From contig OZ223271.1 in NCBI GenBank assembly GCA_965140585.1, positions 1 through 23,472 on the forward strand: a DNA stretch of 23,472 bases. Reading direction: 5' to 3'. Positions 9,453 through 17,446 of this stretch are shown piece after piece. Source of the stretch: Spirochaetia bacterium. GTDB lineage: Bacteria; Spirochaetota; Spirochaetia; UBA9216. Below the pieces are notes generated by a model. The model worked only from the letters and a program-made list of their open reading frames with translations, did no database searches and was not told where the DNA came from. The translations under genes were made by a program, and so were the position numbers. How positions within the stretch are numbered: the stretch's first letter is position 1; each line of letters starts with the position of its first letter.

Positions 9453-10385
9453 ATGGAAATTCAGAATCCTTCTATCCTGCTGCCTTTCTCTCCTGCTGAA
9501 AATGTCCTTGAATCACGTGATTTTTTCATTTACCTCAGGCCAGAAACAAACGGCGTAGAGATCGAAAGCCTTATAATGAGGGCAGCGAGAGAGGAAGAGA
9601 ATTGCCGGGACCGCTTCAGTCTGGTGTATCTGGCAAATTTTCCCGGAGGATTTATCTCGCAAAATGGTCTTGTTGAGCATCATTACCGGATAAGACTTCT
9701 TTTTGCGCTTAAAGGGAAGTCTCTGTTTACAAAATATATGAAGAAGGTTTTTAAAGCCTATTACCGTAGATCTTTTGAGAAAGCGGAGATAGTCGGACCC
9801 TATGACGCAATGAAGCAGCTGAATCTAAGTGAAGAAGAGCTTTTTAACCTGTGGGTGCAGCCATCGGATATGCTTGTAATAAACGGGCAGACAATTAAAA
9901 GATACAAAAACCTTTTCATTCTCAATTACGATATTCCGGCTCTTCTTAACCGTAATGACCGCCATACCGATATTGCAGTTATGGTTTTCCGGGCGGCAGG
10001 CAATAATGGTGAAATCAGAAACCTTATCAATGCGATTGAATCAAGACTTTCTGAATCGGGTATTATAAATACAAAATCATCCTCCGGTAGAGTTTTTCAC
10101 TATTCCAAGGGGCCTTTCGAAGAACTGCTGGATAGTACCGGATTTCTTTATGATACATCCATCAGAAATATTCCGCTCTCTGAAACCACTTTCGGCAGAT
10201 ATCTCATTGGCAAGGGTTTAGAGATGAATGAAATTGAGGGCTGCCTCCGGCATCCGATTATGTATTTCAGAAAGGGTGACGGTCGGTTTATAGAAAATGA
10301 TATTTATACTTACACAAGGGATCTGAGTTATGATGAAGCCTGGGAAAGGCTGCAGTCGGTTTATGTTCAGAGATATCTGATTTAA
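9453..10385 (+). CDS. Hypothetical protein, possibly a divergent nucleoside-diphosphate-kinase-like fold
   Basis: 310-aa ORF filling the gap. Motifs FFIYLRPE, LVEHHY and RVFHYSKGPFEE loosely parallel NDK motifs. The CDS is secure; the function is tentative. Confidence 0.7.
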   Translation: MEIQNPSILLPFSPAENVLESRDFFIYLRPETNGVEIESLIMRAAREEENCRDRFSLVYLANFPGGFISQNGLVEHHYRIRLLFALKGKSLFTKYMKKVFKAYYRRSFEKAEIVGPYDAMKQLNLSEEELFNLWVQPSDMLVINGQTIKRYKNLFILNYDIPALLNRNDRHTDIAVMVFRAAGNNGEIRNLINAIESRLSESGIINTKSSSGRVFHYSKGPFEELLDSTGFLYDTSIRNIPLSETTFGRYLIGKGLEMNEIEGCLRHPIMYFRKGDGRFIENDIYTYTRDLSYDEAWERLQSVYVQRYLI

Positions 10386-10420
10386 AAAAAAGAACCCCTC
10401 CCTGTTGGTGTGGGAGGGGG
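10384..10420 (-). terminator. Rho-independent terminator for hsp20
   Basis: Stem CCCCTCCC (10395-10402) / GGGAGGGG (10412-10419) preceded on the + strand by an A-run, giving a U-tail on the minus strand. Confidence 0.75.
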
Positions 10421-10444
10421 CTGGAGGGTGAGGATTTGTGAAGA

Positions 10445-10894
10445 CTATTTCGCCTTGATTGTTATAGTCTTCGGCTGTGCCTTAGGAATCTTTCTGATAT
10501 TGAGAACCAGAAGTCCATCCTTGAATAGTGCTTCTATATTATCTTTATCCGCCTCTTTGGGCAGGACAAATGTTCTGGTGAAATTTCTGCTGTTTCTTTC
10601 CCTGATAAGAAATTTTACTTCTTCTTTTTCTTCAGATTTCTTTTCTGTTTCTGCAGTTTCTGCAGCGGAAATTGTCAGCAGATTATTGTCGATTTTAATT
10701 TCAACGTCATCTTTTCCGTATCCCGGCAGTTCAACGCTAAGTTTATATCCGCCTTCTTCTTCGATTACATCAACGGCGGGGAACCTGGAAGCTTTGTAGC
10801 TGCTGCTGTTAGGTGTGAACAATGAATCCATCATCTTGTCCATCTCATTAAAAATACTCATTGTCTTTGGTCTGTATGTTGTTATTGCTGTCAT
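10445..10894 (-). CDS. Hsp20/alpha-crystallin small heat-shock protein
   Basis: FPAVDVIEEE, VELPGYGKDDVEI, ERNSRNFTRTFVLP, ALFKDGLLVLNI, C-terminal IxI (TITI). SD AAGGAG. Confidence 0.96.
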   Translation of the reverse strand: MTAITTYRPKTMSIFNEMDKMMDSLFTPNSSSYKASRFPAVDVIEEEGGYKLSVELPGYGKDDVEIKIDNNLLTISAAETAETEKKSEEKEEVKFLIRERNSRNFTRTFVLPKEADKDNIEALFKDGLLVLNIRKIPKAQPKTITIKAK

Positions 10895-10936
10895 TTTACA
10901 ACTCCTTAATTGTTTTCGTTTTTACATTTAATACTA

Positions 10937-10953
10937 AGCATGATCCGTGCCAA
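10937..10953 (-). promoter_or_regulatory. Sigma54 (-24/-12) promoter for hsp20
   Basis: Minus strand reads TTGGCACGGATCATGCT, with exact GG-N10-GC spacing, about 43 nt upstream of the hsp20 ATG. Confidence 0.78.
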
Positions 10954-11133
10954 AAGTTGTAAAAATGAGAGCCTGTAGGGGTGGGGAAGGTGAAATTTAC
11001 AAAATAATATCTGGTTCAGGCTGAAAAGGCCGAGTTTAAGGGCTTTTTAATTCTTTTTTTAAGCCTGATGAGCAATGGTTTATTAGCTTTTGTACAATAA
11101 ATGAACAAAAAATTAGGCTGAATAATGCTTATA

Positions 11134-11220
11134 TGTGTCAATATGACAATTCAGGTGCAGATTAGCCGGCGGTTGTGTCGAAATGACCCATATAACGTAT
11201 TCAGCTGTGCAAAATGGGCC
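11134..11220. promoter_or_regulatory. Repeated palindromic boxes, candidate enhancer (bEBP) sites
   Basis: TGTGTCAATATGACAA (11134-11149), TGTGTCGAAATGACCC (11174-11189) and a weaker CTGTGCAAAATGGGCC (11205-11220), about 200 bp upstream of the sigma54 promoter. Confidence 0.55.
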
Positions 11221-11235
11221 ATCATTTCTCCCTGC

Positions 11236-11264
11236 TTGCTGATATATAGTATAAAGAGTATAAT
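11236..11264 (+). promoter_or_regulatory. Sigma70 promoter of the DEAD-box helicase (leaderless geometry)
   Basis: TTGCTG-17 bp-TATAAT, then 6 nt, then ATG at 11271. No SD. Confidence 0.75.
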
Positions 11265-11270
11265 TGCTGC

Positions 11271-12995
11271 ATGAAATTTGAAGAATTAAATCTAAATGAA
11301 GACATCATGACGGGCATCAGAGACGCCGGATTTACTGAATGCATGCCCGCACAGGAAAAAACTTTCAAGGCCGTATTTGAAGGAAAAGATGTCACCGTAC
11401 AGTCACAGACAGGAACAGGAAAAACCGCGGCCTTCCTCATTTCCATTTATCAATTATTTTTATCAGACAGCGTTGAAAAGAAAAAAGCATTGATCATTGT
11501 CCCTACCAGAGAATTAGCCGTACAGATTGAAGAGGAATCTGAAATTTTGGGGAAAGCGCTGCAATACAAAACAGTAAGTATCTACGGCGGAGTAGGATAT
11601 AAAAAACAGCTTGAAAATCTTAAAGCCGGTGCTGATCTGGTTGTCGGAACACCCGGAAGACTTCTGGATCTTGAGAAGTCGAACAGTATAAATTTTAAGG
11701 AATTCGGAGTTCTTGTTATTGATGAAGCCGACAGGCTATTTGATATGGGCTTTCTCCCCGATTTAAGGAAGATGCTCAGACGTATGCCACCGCCGGCAGA
11801 AAGACGTACCATGCTTTTCAGTGCGACACTGAATACCAGAGTACTCAATCTTGCATGGGATCAGATGAATGAATATGAAGAGATCAAAATAGAGCCTGAA
11901 AAGATGACTGTGGAGGAAATCAGTCAGGAGCTATATCATGTTGCTTCCCATGAAAAATTCAATCTTCTGCTTGGTATACTCAAAAAAGAATCATTTGAAA
12001 ACATGATTATCTTCTGTAATACAAAGCACAAGGCTGTTGAGGTAGCGAAGCGTCTTGAGGTGAACGGCTACAAATGTAAATTTCTGATGGGTGATTTGCC
12101 TCAGAAGAAAAGGCTGGAAGTTATTCAAAGCATGAAGGCTGGAAATATTCAGATCCTTGTAGCGACCGATGTTGCGGCAAGGGGGCTTCATGTTGATGAT
12201 CTTCCTGTAGTAATTAACTATGACCTTCCCGAAGACTATGAAAACTATGTTCATCGAATCGGCCGAACTGCAAGGGCAGGAAAATCAGGCAGAGCAATTT
12301 CACTTGCATGTGAGCAGTATGTTTTTCATCTCCCTGCAATTGAAGGGTATATCGGCGATAAGATATCTGTAATGATTGCAGATGATGATTTATTTGCCGA
12401 AGATGCCAGTGCCGATATGAAATTTAATACCAGAAGCTATGACGATGAGCGCAGAGGCGGCGGGTCCAGGAACAGCAGCCAGCGGAACGGAAGGAACTCC
12501 GGCAGGCGAAATGATTCGAGAGGCGGACGCTCCGGCAGCGGAGGCGGAGGTGATCGACGCAGACGTGAAGGTTCAGATCGTCCTAGACCCGAAGGACAAA
12601 GAAGAAATCCTGAACGAAGCGGTTCCTCATCTGGATATAAGGATAGAGAAAAAGCGGCAGGTTCACGTACCGGGAACAGGCACAGCGAAAACGGAAACGG
12701 CAGCCGGAAAAATAACTATAACCGAAGAGGTCCTGACAATAAAAAAAGAGACTTTGTTAAAAAGCCCGAATCATCTTCAAGCATGGAAGACAGACTTGCC
12801 TACTACAAGGCTAAATACGGTGAAGATTTTAAGCCGTCCGAGGAGATGATGAAAAAGTCAGGAGCAAAATCTGCTCCCAAAAAATCCGCTCCGAAGAAAA
12901 ACAACCAGAAAAAACCGGTTGTTCCAGCACCGTCCGCTTCTGCAGCTCCCGAAAAGACAGGTTTTTTCAAAAAACTTTTCGGCAAAAAAAAATAA
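11271..12995 (+). CDS. DEAD-box ATP-dependent RNA helicase (RhlB-like) with a long disordered basic tail
   Basis: Q motif GFTECMPAQ, QTGTGKT, PTRELA, TPGRL, DEAD, SAT, ATDVAARGL, HRIGRTAR. RG/RS-rich C-terminus. Confidence 0.96.
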   Translation: MKFEELNLNEDIMTGIRDAGFTECMPAQEKTFKAVFEGKDVTVQSQTGTGKTAAFLISIYQLFLSDSVEKKKALIIVPTRELAVQIEEESEILGKALQYKTVSIYGGVGYKKQLENLKAGADLVVGTPGRLLDLEKSNSINFKEFGVLVIDEADRLFDMGFLPDLRKMLRRMPPPAERRTMLFSATLNTRVLNLAWDQMNEYEEIKIEPEKMTVEEISQELYHVASHEKFNLLLGILKKESFENMIIFCNTKHKAVEVAKRLEVNGYKCKFLMGDLPQKKRLEVIQSMKAGNIQILVATDVAARGLHVDDLPVVINYDLPEDYENYVHRIGRTARAGKSGRAISLACEQYVFHLPAIEGYIGDKISVMIADDDLFAEDASADMKFNTRSYDDERRGGGSRNSSQRNGRNSGRRNDSRGGRSGSGGGGDRRRREGSDRPRPEGQRRNPERSGSSSGYKDREKAAGSRTGNRHSENGNGSRKNNYNRRGPDNKKRDFVKKPESSSSMEDRLAYYKAKYGEDFKPSEEMMKKSGAKSAPKKSAPKKNNQKKPVVPAPSASAAPEKTGFFKKLFGKKK

Positions 12996-13028
12996 AAACA
13001 GATTGTTAATCCGTATTATAATTGACGG

Positions 13029-14576
13029 ATGAATACAGAAAAGAAATACATTATAGCTGTGGATGCCGGGTCAACGGGTATCCGCAGTATCCTTTTTAAT
13101 AAATCCGGCGTGATTGTCAAGCGGGAGTATGAAAAAACTCCTGCTGAGCATCCGGAACCCGGAGCCACCGAGCATGATCCGCAGCTTCTCTGGAAAGCCC
13201 TTGTAGATACAGTTAATTCAATCTTTGCCGACGGCAGTGTTAAACCTGAAGAAGTAGCCGCAATCGGAATAACCAATCAGCGATCCAGTTTCTGTATCTG
13301 GGACAGGGAGAGCGGAGAACCCTATACCAAATTTATCAACTGGCAGGATGTTAGAGCTGCTGAAACAATTGCTGCAATGAACCGTAACCCTGTCTGGGTT
13401 GCTCTTCGGGGCACAATGAAACTTTTCAGCAGGCTGATAAAAAGTACCATATTGATTGCGACATCAATGCTTGTTCTGAATACTGATCACACTATAGGAA
13501 AGGTGAGGTGGCTTTTCAATATCAGGCCTGACCTTGAAAAGAAATGCAGATCCGGTTCTGCGGTTTTCGGGACTATTGATACCTGGTTTATCTACAAGCT
13601 GACCGGAGGGAAGAATCATCTCACTGATTATACAAATGCCGCCTCAACTGCCATGTTTAACCCCTTTGATCTTAAATGGAACAATATTTATTTGAATATC
13701 TTCAAGCTTCCGATGAAAATGCTCCCTGAGGTGAGAGATACCAATGGGAATTTCGGAGTTACTGATAAGGCTCTTTTCGGCGCAGAAATTCCCATAATGG
13801 CGGCAGTCGGAGATCAGCAGTCTTCGCTTTTCGGGCATGGATGCTATAACGAGGGAGATGTTAAATGCTCACTGGGTTCAGGTTCCTTTGTCTGTGTAAA
13901 CGTGGGCAGTAAGGGGAAAGTCTCAAGGCGCGGGCTTTTTCCGCTTGTGGCCTGGGTAATTAACGGCGAACCGACATATATGCTCGAAGGGCAGGTGGCT
14001 ACTGCCGGCACACTGATAGACTGGCTTGCTCACGGAATAGGCCTGTCCGATACACCTGTAGAGCTGGACCGGCTTGCCGGGGAATGTGAAGATTCAGAAG
14101 GCGTTTACTTTGTACCTACTCCTACAGGCATCAGATTCCCGTATTTTGTACCGGGAGCCAAGGCTTCAATCCTGGGTCTGTCGCTGCAGACACACAGAAG
14201 ACATGTTGCAAGGGCTGTGCTCGAAGGAATAGCATTGCGGGTTGTTGATATCCTTGAAGGAGTCGAAAAAGATGCTCATACACAGATTAATGAAATAATG
14301 ACTGACGGCGGAGTCAGCAAATCCGATGTATTGATGCAGTGTCTCGCCGATTATTCAGGCTGCAGGGTTGAGAGGTCTCCCGAGTCGGATATGACTGCTG
14401 CCGGAGCTGCTTATCTTGCCGGCCTTTCCTGCGGTTTCTGGGAGGATTACAGGGAGCTGCTTTCAATGCATCGTGGCTATGTAAGCTTTAAACCCTTCAT
14501 TTCAGAAAAGCAGCGTCATGAAAAGATCCGTCACTGGAAGGATATTCTGAAAGAGCTTTTGAAGATTAAGCTATGA
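13029..14576 (+). CDS. FGGY carbohydrate kinase, glycerol-kinase-like (resembles metazoan GK5 type)
   Basis: AVDAGSTG, GITNQRS, NWQDVR, FGTIDTW, GDQQSSLFG, GSGSF, DGGVSKS, AAYLAGL. Confidence 0.9.
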   Translation: MNTEKKYIIAVDAGSTGIRSILFNKSGVIVKREYEKTPAEHPEPGATEHDPQLLWKALVDTVNSIFADGSVKPEEVAAIGITNQRSSFCIWDRESGEPYTKFINWQDVRAAETIAAMNRNPVWVALRGTMKLFSRLIKSTILIATSMLVLNTDHTIGKVRWLFNIRPDLEKKCRSGSAVFGTIDTWFIYKLTGGKNHLTDYTNAASTAMFNPFDLKWNNIYLNIFKLPMKMLPEVRDTNGNFGVTDKALFGAEIPIMAAVGDQQSSLFGHGCYNEGDVKCSLGSGSFVCVNVGSKGKVSRRGLFPLVAWVINGEPTYMLEGQVATAGTLIDWLAHGIGLSDTPVELDRLAGECEDSEGVYFVPTPTGIRFPYFVPGAKASILGLSLQTHRRHVARAVLEGIALRVVDILEGVEKDAHTQINEIMTDGGVSKSDVLMQCLADYSGCRVERSPESDMTAAGAAYLAGLSCGFWEDYRELLSMHRGYVSFKPFISEKQRHEKIRHWKDILKELLKIKL

Positions 14577-15509
14577 ATTAAAGCGGCAGAACTTTCTGAT
14601 TGCAGCAGCCACTGCCGCAGTCCTGTTTGAGCCTGCGTTTCTGAATCTGGCACGCATGGACCGGGGTGCTTCATCGACAACCCATCCAGATCCGGCCCAT
14701 TCAATCAGATCTTCATCATTATAATCGTTTCCAATGGCAAGACATTCTGATGGTCCAAGTTTGAAGCGTTTGGCGAAGCGTTCTGCTGCAGCGGATTTTG
14801 AGACATCACTGCTGAAAACTTCTACCCAGATGCTATTATTATCAATCGGAGAAGTAGTTCTTATTACTGAGGCCTGTGGAAGTGATTCACGTAACCTTGA
14901 GATTTCTGTTTCCGGAAGGCCTGAATCTTCAGGTTCGGTGAATGGCAGAACGCCTAAAAGCTGGCAGGGGCCGCAGCTGCAGAGGTGCTGGATCGTCTCA
15001 AGCTCGGAAAGATATCCTTCAGAGCTCATGCCTGTAGAAAACTCCTGATAAGTATTGATCCGCCGGTAAAAATCCGGGTTTACAAAACCGTTTGCCTTGA
15101 TATAGATCATACGGTGGTTATCCGGGACAGGTTGATGGATCATGAAATCTATTCCATCGTTGAAGAGTCTTTCTGCCGCTCTGAATGCGGTTTCCGGATC
15201 GAGATTTGTTGATTCAATCAGGCGCTCATGCAGTTCTGAAGTTTTTTTTCCGAAATCATTCATGTCCAGCACTCCGGCACCGGAAGAAAATATGATAAAA
15301 TCAGTATAGATTTGAAGCGGCGGTGAAAATTCAGCTGTTGCCCGCTGAATTGAAAACAGATTTCTTCCGGTGGCAATGACTGCAAGGTAGCCTGCGTCCC
15401 GGGCCTTCTGCAGGGTTCTGATGTCCTCGGGGTGAATCCTTTTATCCGGCCCGAAAAGAGTTCCGTCAAAATCCAGGAATATAATCCCCCTGGGCTCAGA
15501 AAATTTCAT
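14571..15509 (-). CDS. HAD-superfamily (Cof/IIB type) phosphatase
   Basis: Motif I DFDGTL, motif II ATGR, motif III VSKS, motif IV GNDYNDEDL. Confidence 0.92.
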   Translation of the reverse strand: MKFSEPRGIIFLDFDGTLFGPDKRIHPEDIRTLQKARDAGYLAVIATGRNLFSIQRATAEFSPPLQIYTDFIIFSSGAGVLDMNDFGKKTSELHERLIESTNLDPETAFRAAERLFNDGIDFMIHQPVPDNHRMIYIKANGFVNPDFYRRINTYQEFSTGMSSEGYLSELETIQHLCSCGPCQLLGVLPFTEPEDSGLPETEISRLRESLPQASVIRTTSPIDNNSIWVEVFSSDVSKSAAAERFAKRFKLGPSECLAIGNDYNDEDLIEWAGSGWVVDEAPRSMRARFRNAGSNRTAAVAAAIRKFCRFNS

Positions 15510-16383
15510 AACTTGTTGTAGTAATCGGGGCTCTCAGGTTGTCGAGAACGCTTTCCAGAAGTACGCCCTCACGAAGCGGGTATTCATGTCCGAAGCTGGC
15601 ACGAATTGCCTGAGAGACAAACTGAACGCCGCGATCCATTGCTATGGGAAGGCTGTTCCCATGAAGAAGACTGCCGGTTATGACGCTGGTAAATATATCT
15701 CCGGTTCCCGGGAAATAGGCGGGAATATAGGTGCACTGAACCTCCCAGAATCTGTCGGCCTTTTTTTCATAACCTGCAACAGAGGTTGATTCCGGTCGAC
15801 CGGCAACAGGAATGCTTGTAATTATTACTATTTCAGGCCCGGATTCGGAAAGCCGTTTAAGCCATGACTTTGTTTTGTCAGAGGTAAAGGCTGTCTTTAT
15901 TTCTTCAGGGTTCTCATCTAGAAGCAGAGCCGCCTCGGTTATATTCGGGGTTATGACATGTGCTTTTTTTACTAGATTTTTCATCTCTCTGACCATGTCT
16001 GCAGATATGGTAGCGTAGCATATGCCGTCGTCGCCCAGAACCGGATCGATAACGATAATCTGCTCACAATTTCTGAAGTCGTCAATAAATCTGCCTACAA
16101 TATCAACCTGAGCCGGAGATCCCAGAAATCCGCTGTATATTGCATCAAAATGGATTTCCAGACTCTTCCAATGGGCTATATATTTTTCCATTTCCGGAGT
16201 GAAGTCGACAAAATGATATCCTTCAAATTCACTTGTATGGGTGGACAGTATAGCGGTTGGGACTGGGCAAACCTGGATTCCCATTGTTGAGAGAATAGGT
16301 ATAACTGTAGTGAGTGAAGATCTGCCGAAACCGGAAAGGTCATGGATTGCGGCTGTTCTTGGAACTGGATTTCTGCGGTACAT
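15496..16383 (-). CDS. pdxK: Pyridoxal/pyridoxamine kinase (ribokinase/PfkB family)
   Basis: HDLSGFGRSSL, PTAILSTHT, YSGFLGS, DPVLGDDG, TPNITEA, GTGDIF. True start placed at ATG 16383 (MYRRNP...), not the ORF-track start at 16602. Confidence 0.88.
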   Translation of the reverse strand: MYRRNPVPRTAAIHDLSGFGRSSLTTVIPILSTMGIQVCPVPTAILSTHTSEFEGYHFVDFTPEMEKYIAHWKSLEIHFDAIYSGFLGSPAQVDIVGRFIDDFRNCEQIIVIDPVLGDDGICYATISADMVREMKNLVKKAHVITPNITEAALLLDENPEEIKTAFTSDKTKSWLKRLSESGPEIVIITSIPVAGRPESTSVAGYEKKADRFWEVQCTYIPAYFPGTGDIFTSVITGSLLHGNSLPIAMDRGVQFVSQAIRASFGHEYPLREGVLLESVLDNLRAPITTTSYEIF

Positions 16384-16389
16384 GGATTG

Positions 16390-16418
16390 AGCATAAAACA
16401 AACTGAAGCTCCAGTCAA
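16390..16418 (-). promoter_or_regulatory. Sigma70 promoter of pdxK (leaderless geometry)
   Basis: Minus strand TTGACT-17 bp-TATGCT, then 6 nt (CAATCC), then ATG. Confidence 0.75.
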
Positions 16419-16455
16419 TCTTGCCGATTATAAAAAAGAGGGCAGGGTTTTTGTC

Positions 16456-16484
16456 TTGAAATAACTTTAAATACCTATTATCCT
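16456..16484 (+). promoter_or_regulatory. Sigma70 promoter candidate for the 16530 gene
   Basis: TTGAAA-17 bp-TATCCT. Purine-rich SD GGAGGGAGAGG before the ATG at 16530. Confidence 0.55.
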
Positions 16485-16529
16485 GATTCTGCATGTATTT
16501 GAAGTTCCCTTTACTTTGGAGGGAGAGGA

Positions 16530-17378
16530 ATGTTTGGATTAAAAAAAGATAAAAGTCAGATTGAGGATCTTCTGAGAGAGATTCGCGCTGAATACGAGAC
16601 ATATATAATAAAATTTAAAAAGACTCAGCGGATTAAACAGGAATTTGAGTACCGCTACCGAGACGCTGTTGAGTACCGGATGGACCTTCTTCGTTTTCTG
16701 AATGCTGAAAGAGAAGCCCTGGCAGCTCTTATTGCAAAAGCTGAAGCTAAAAATCAGCCTGAGAAAACAGTGAAGAATGAAAAGTCTCAAGGTAAAACGG
16801 CTGTGAGTGACCGGGAAGGCCTGTCTGATATTACCGATGACCATGAAAAAACTGAAAAAAGCACAGAAAAGGTAAAAAGCTATGCGGATCGAATGATTGA
16901 AGAATTTGCAGCCCGCATTGACAAATACCCTGAAATTATTATTCACAGCGATGCTTCAAATGAAATGAAAAAGCTCTTCGGGGCGCTTTCCTGTATAGAG
17001 AAAGATTACTGGTCACTGGTTGACCGGATTCTGAGAAATCAGAACGGATCCAGGCGTTTCTGGGAGTCTGTTGATATTGAACCTGAAATAAACAGGCTGT
17101 GCAGACCCGGTCTGGAAGGAATTCCCTCGGCTCTTACCACTTATTACCGCCTGCTTGAACGTCTTCCGCGCGATTACAATGAAATTGAGCGGGAGGAGAA
17201 GCGAAGTCTTCTCGCTGCGGCTTCTCTTCTAAAAAAACTGCAGGATGAAGTGATTAGGGCAATAGACGGAGGCAAAGGGCTTGATAAGGAAGCCAAAGAG
17301 CATCTTTCTGAAGCCAGGGTATACATCGACGGCATGATGGATGACTTCCGGCTTAAAGATCTTGCACGCCTCACCTGA
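16530..17378 (+). CDS. Hypothetical, highly charged alpha-helical protein
   Basis: 282-aa ORF with a strong SD. Two helical regions joined by a K/E/S-rich linker. No recognised motif. Confidence 0.8.
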   Translation: MFGLKKDKSQIEDLLREIRAEYETYIIKFKKTQRIKQEFEYRYRDAVEYRMDLLRFLNAEREALAALIAKAEAKNQPEKTVKNEKSQGKTAVSDREGLSDITDDHEKTEKSTEKVKSYADRMIEEFAARIDKYPEIIIHSDASNEMKKLFGALSCIEKDYWSLVDRILRNQNGSRRFWESVDIEPEINRLCRPGLEGIPSALTTYYRLLERLPRDYNEIEREEKRSLLAAASLLKKLQDEVIRAIDGGKGLDKEAKEHLSEARVYIDGMMDDFRLKDLARLT

Positions 17379-17408
17379 GGCGCCCTCACCTGAGGCGCCC
17401 TCACCTGA
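17369..17408. repeat. 15-bp tandem repeat, about 2.7 copies (CCTCACCTGAGGCGC)
   Basis: Units start at 17369, 17384 and 17399 (partial). The first unit contains the TGA stop of the 16530 gene. Confidence 0.92.
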
Positions 17409-17446
17409 ACTTTCAGTGGAACTGCCTCTTCTTTGAACACTTCTTC

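Noticed and set aside
10928-10953. CIRCE (HrcA) element before hsp20
   Set aside because: Only a partial right arm (GTGCCAA) matches; the left arm and 9-bp spacing fail. The sigma54 reading fits exactly.
16384-16602. 73-aa N-terminal extension of pdxK in the ORF track
   Set aside because: It overlaps the divergent 16530 gene and both promoters. Kinase homology starts only after Met 16383, which has ideal promoter geometry.
17369-17408. Mini CRISPR array
   Set aside because: 15-bp head-to-tail units with no spacers and no cas genes.
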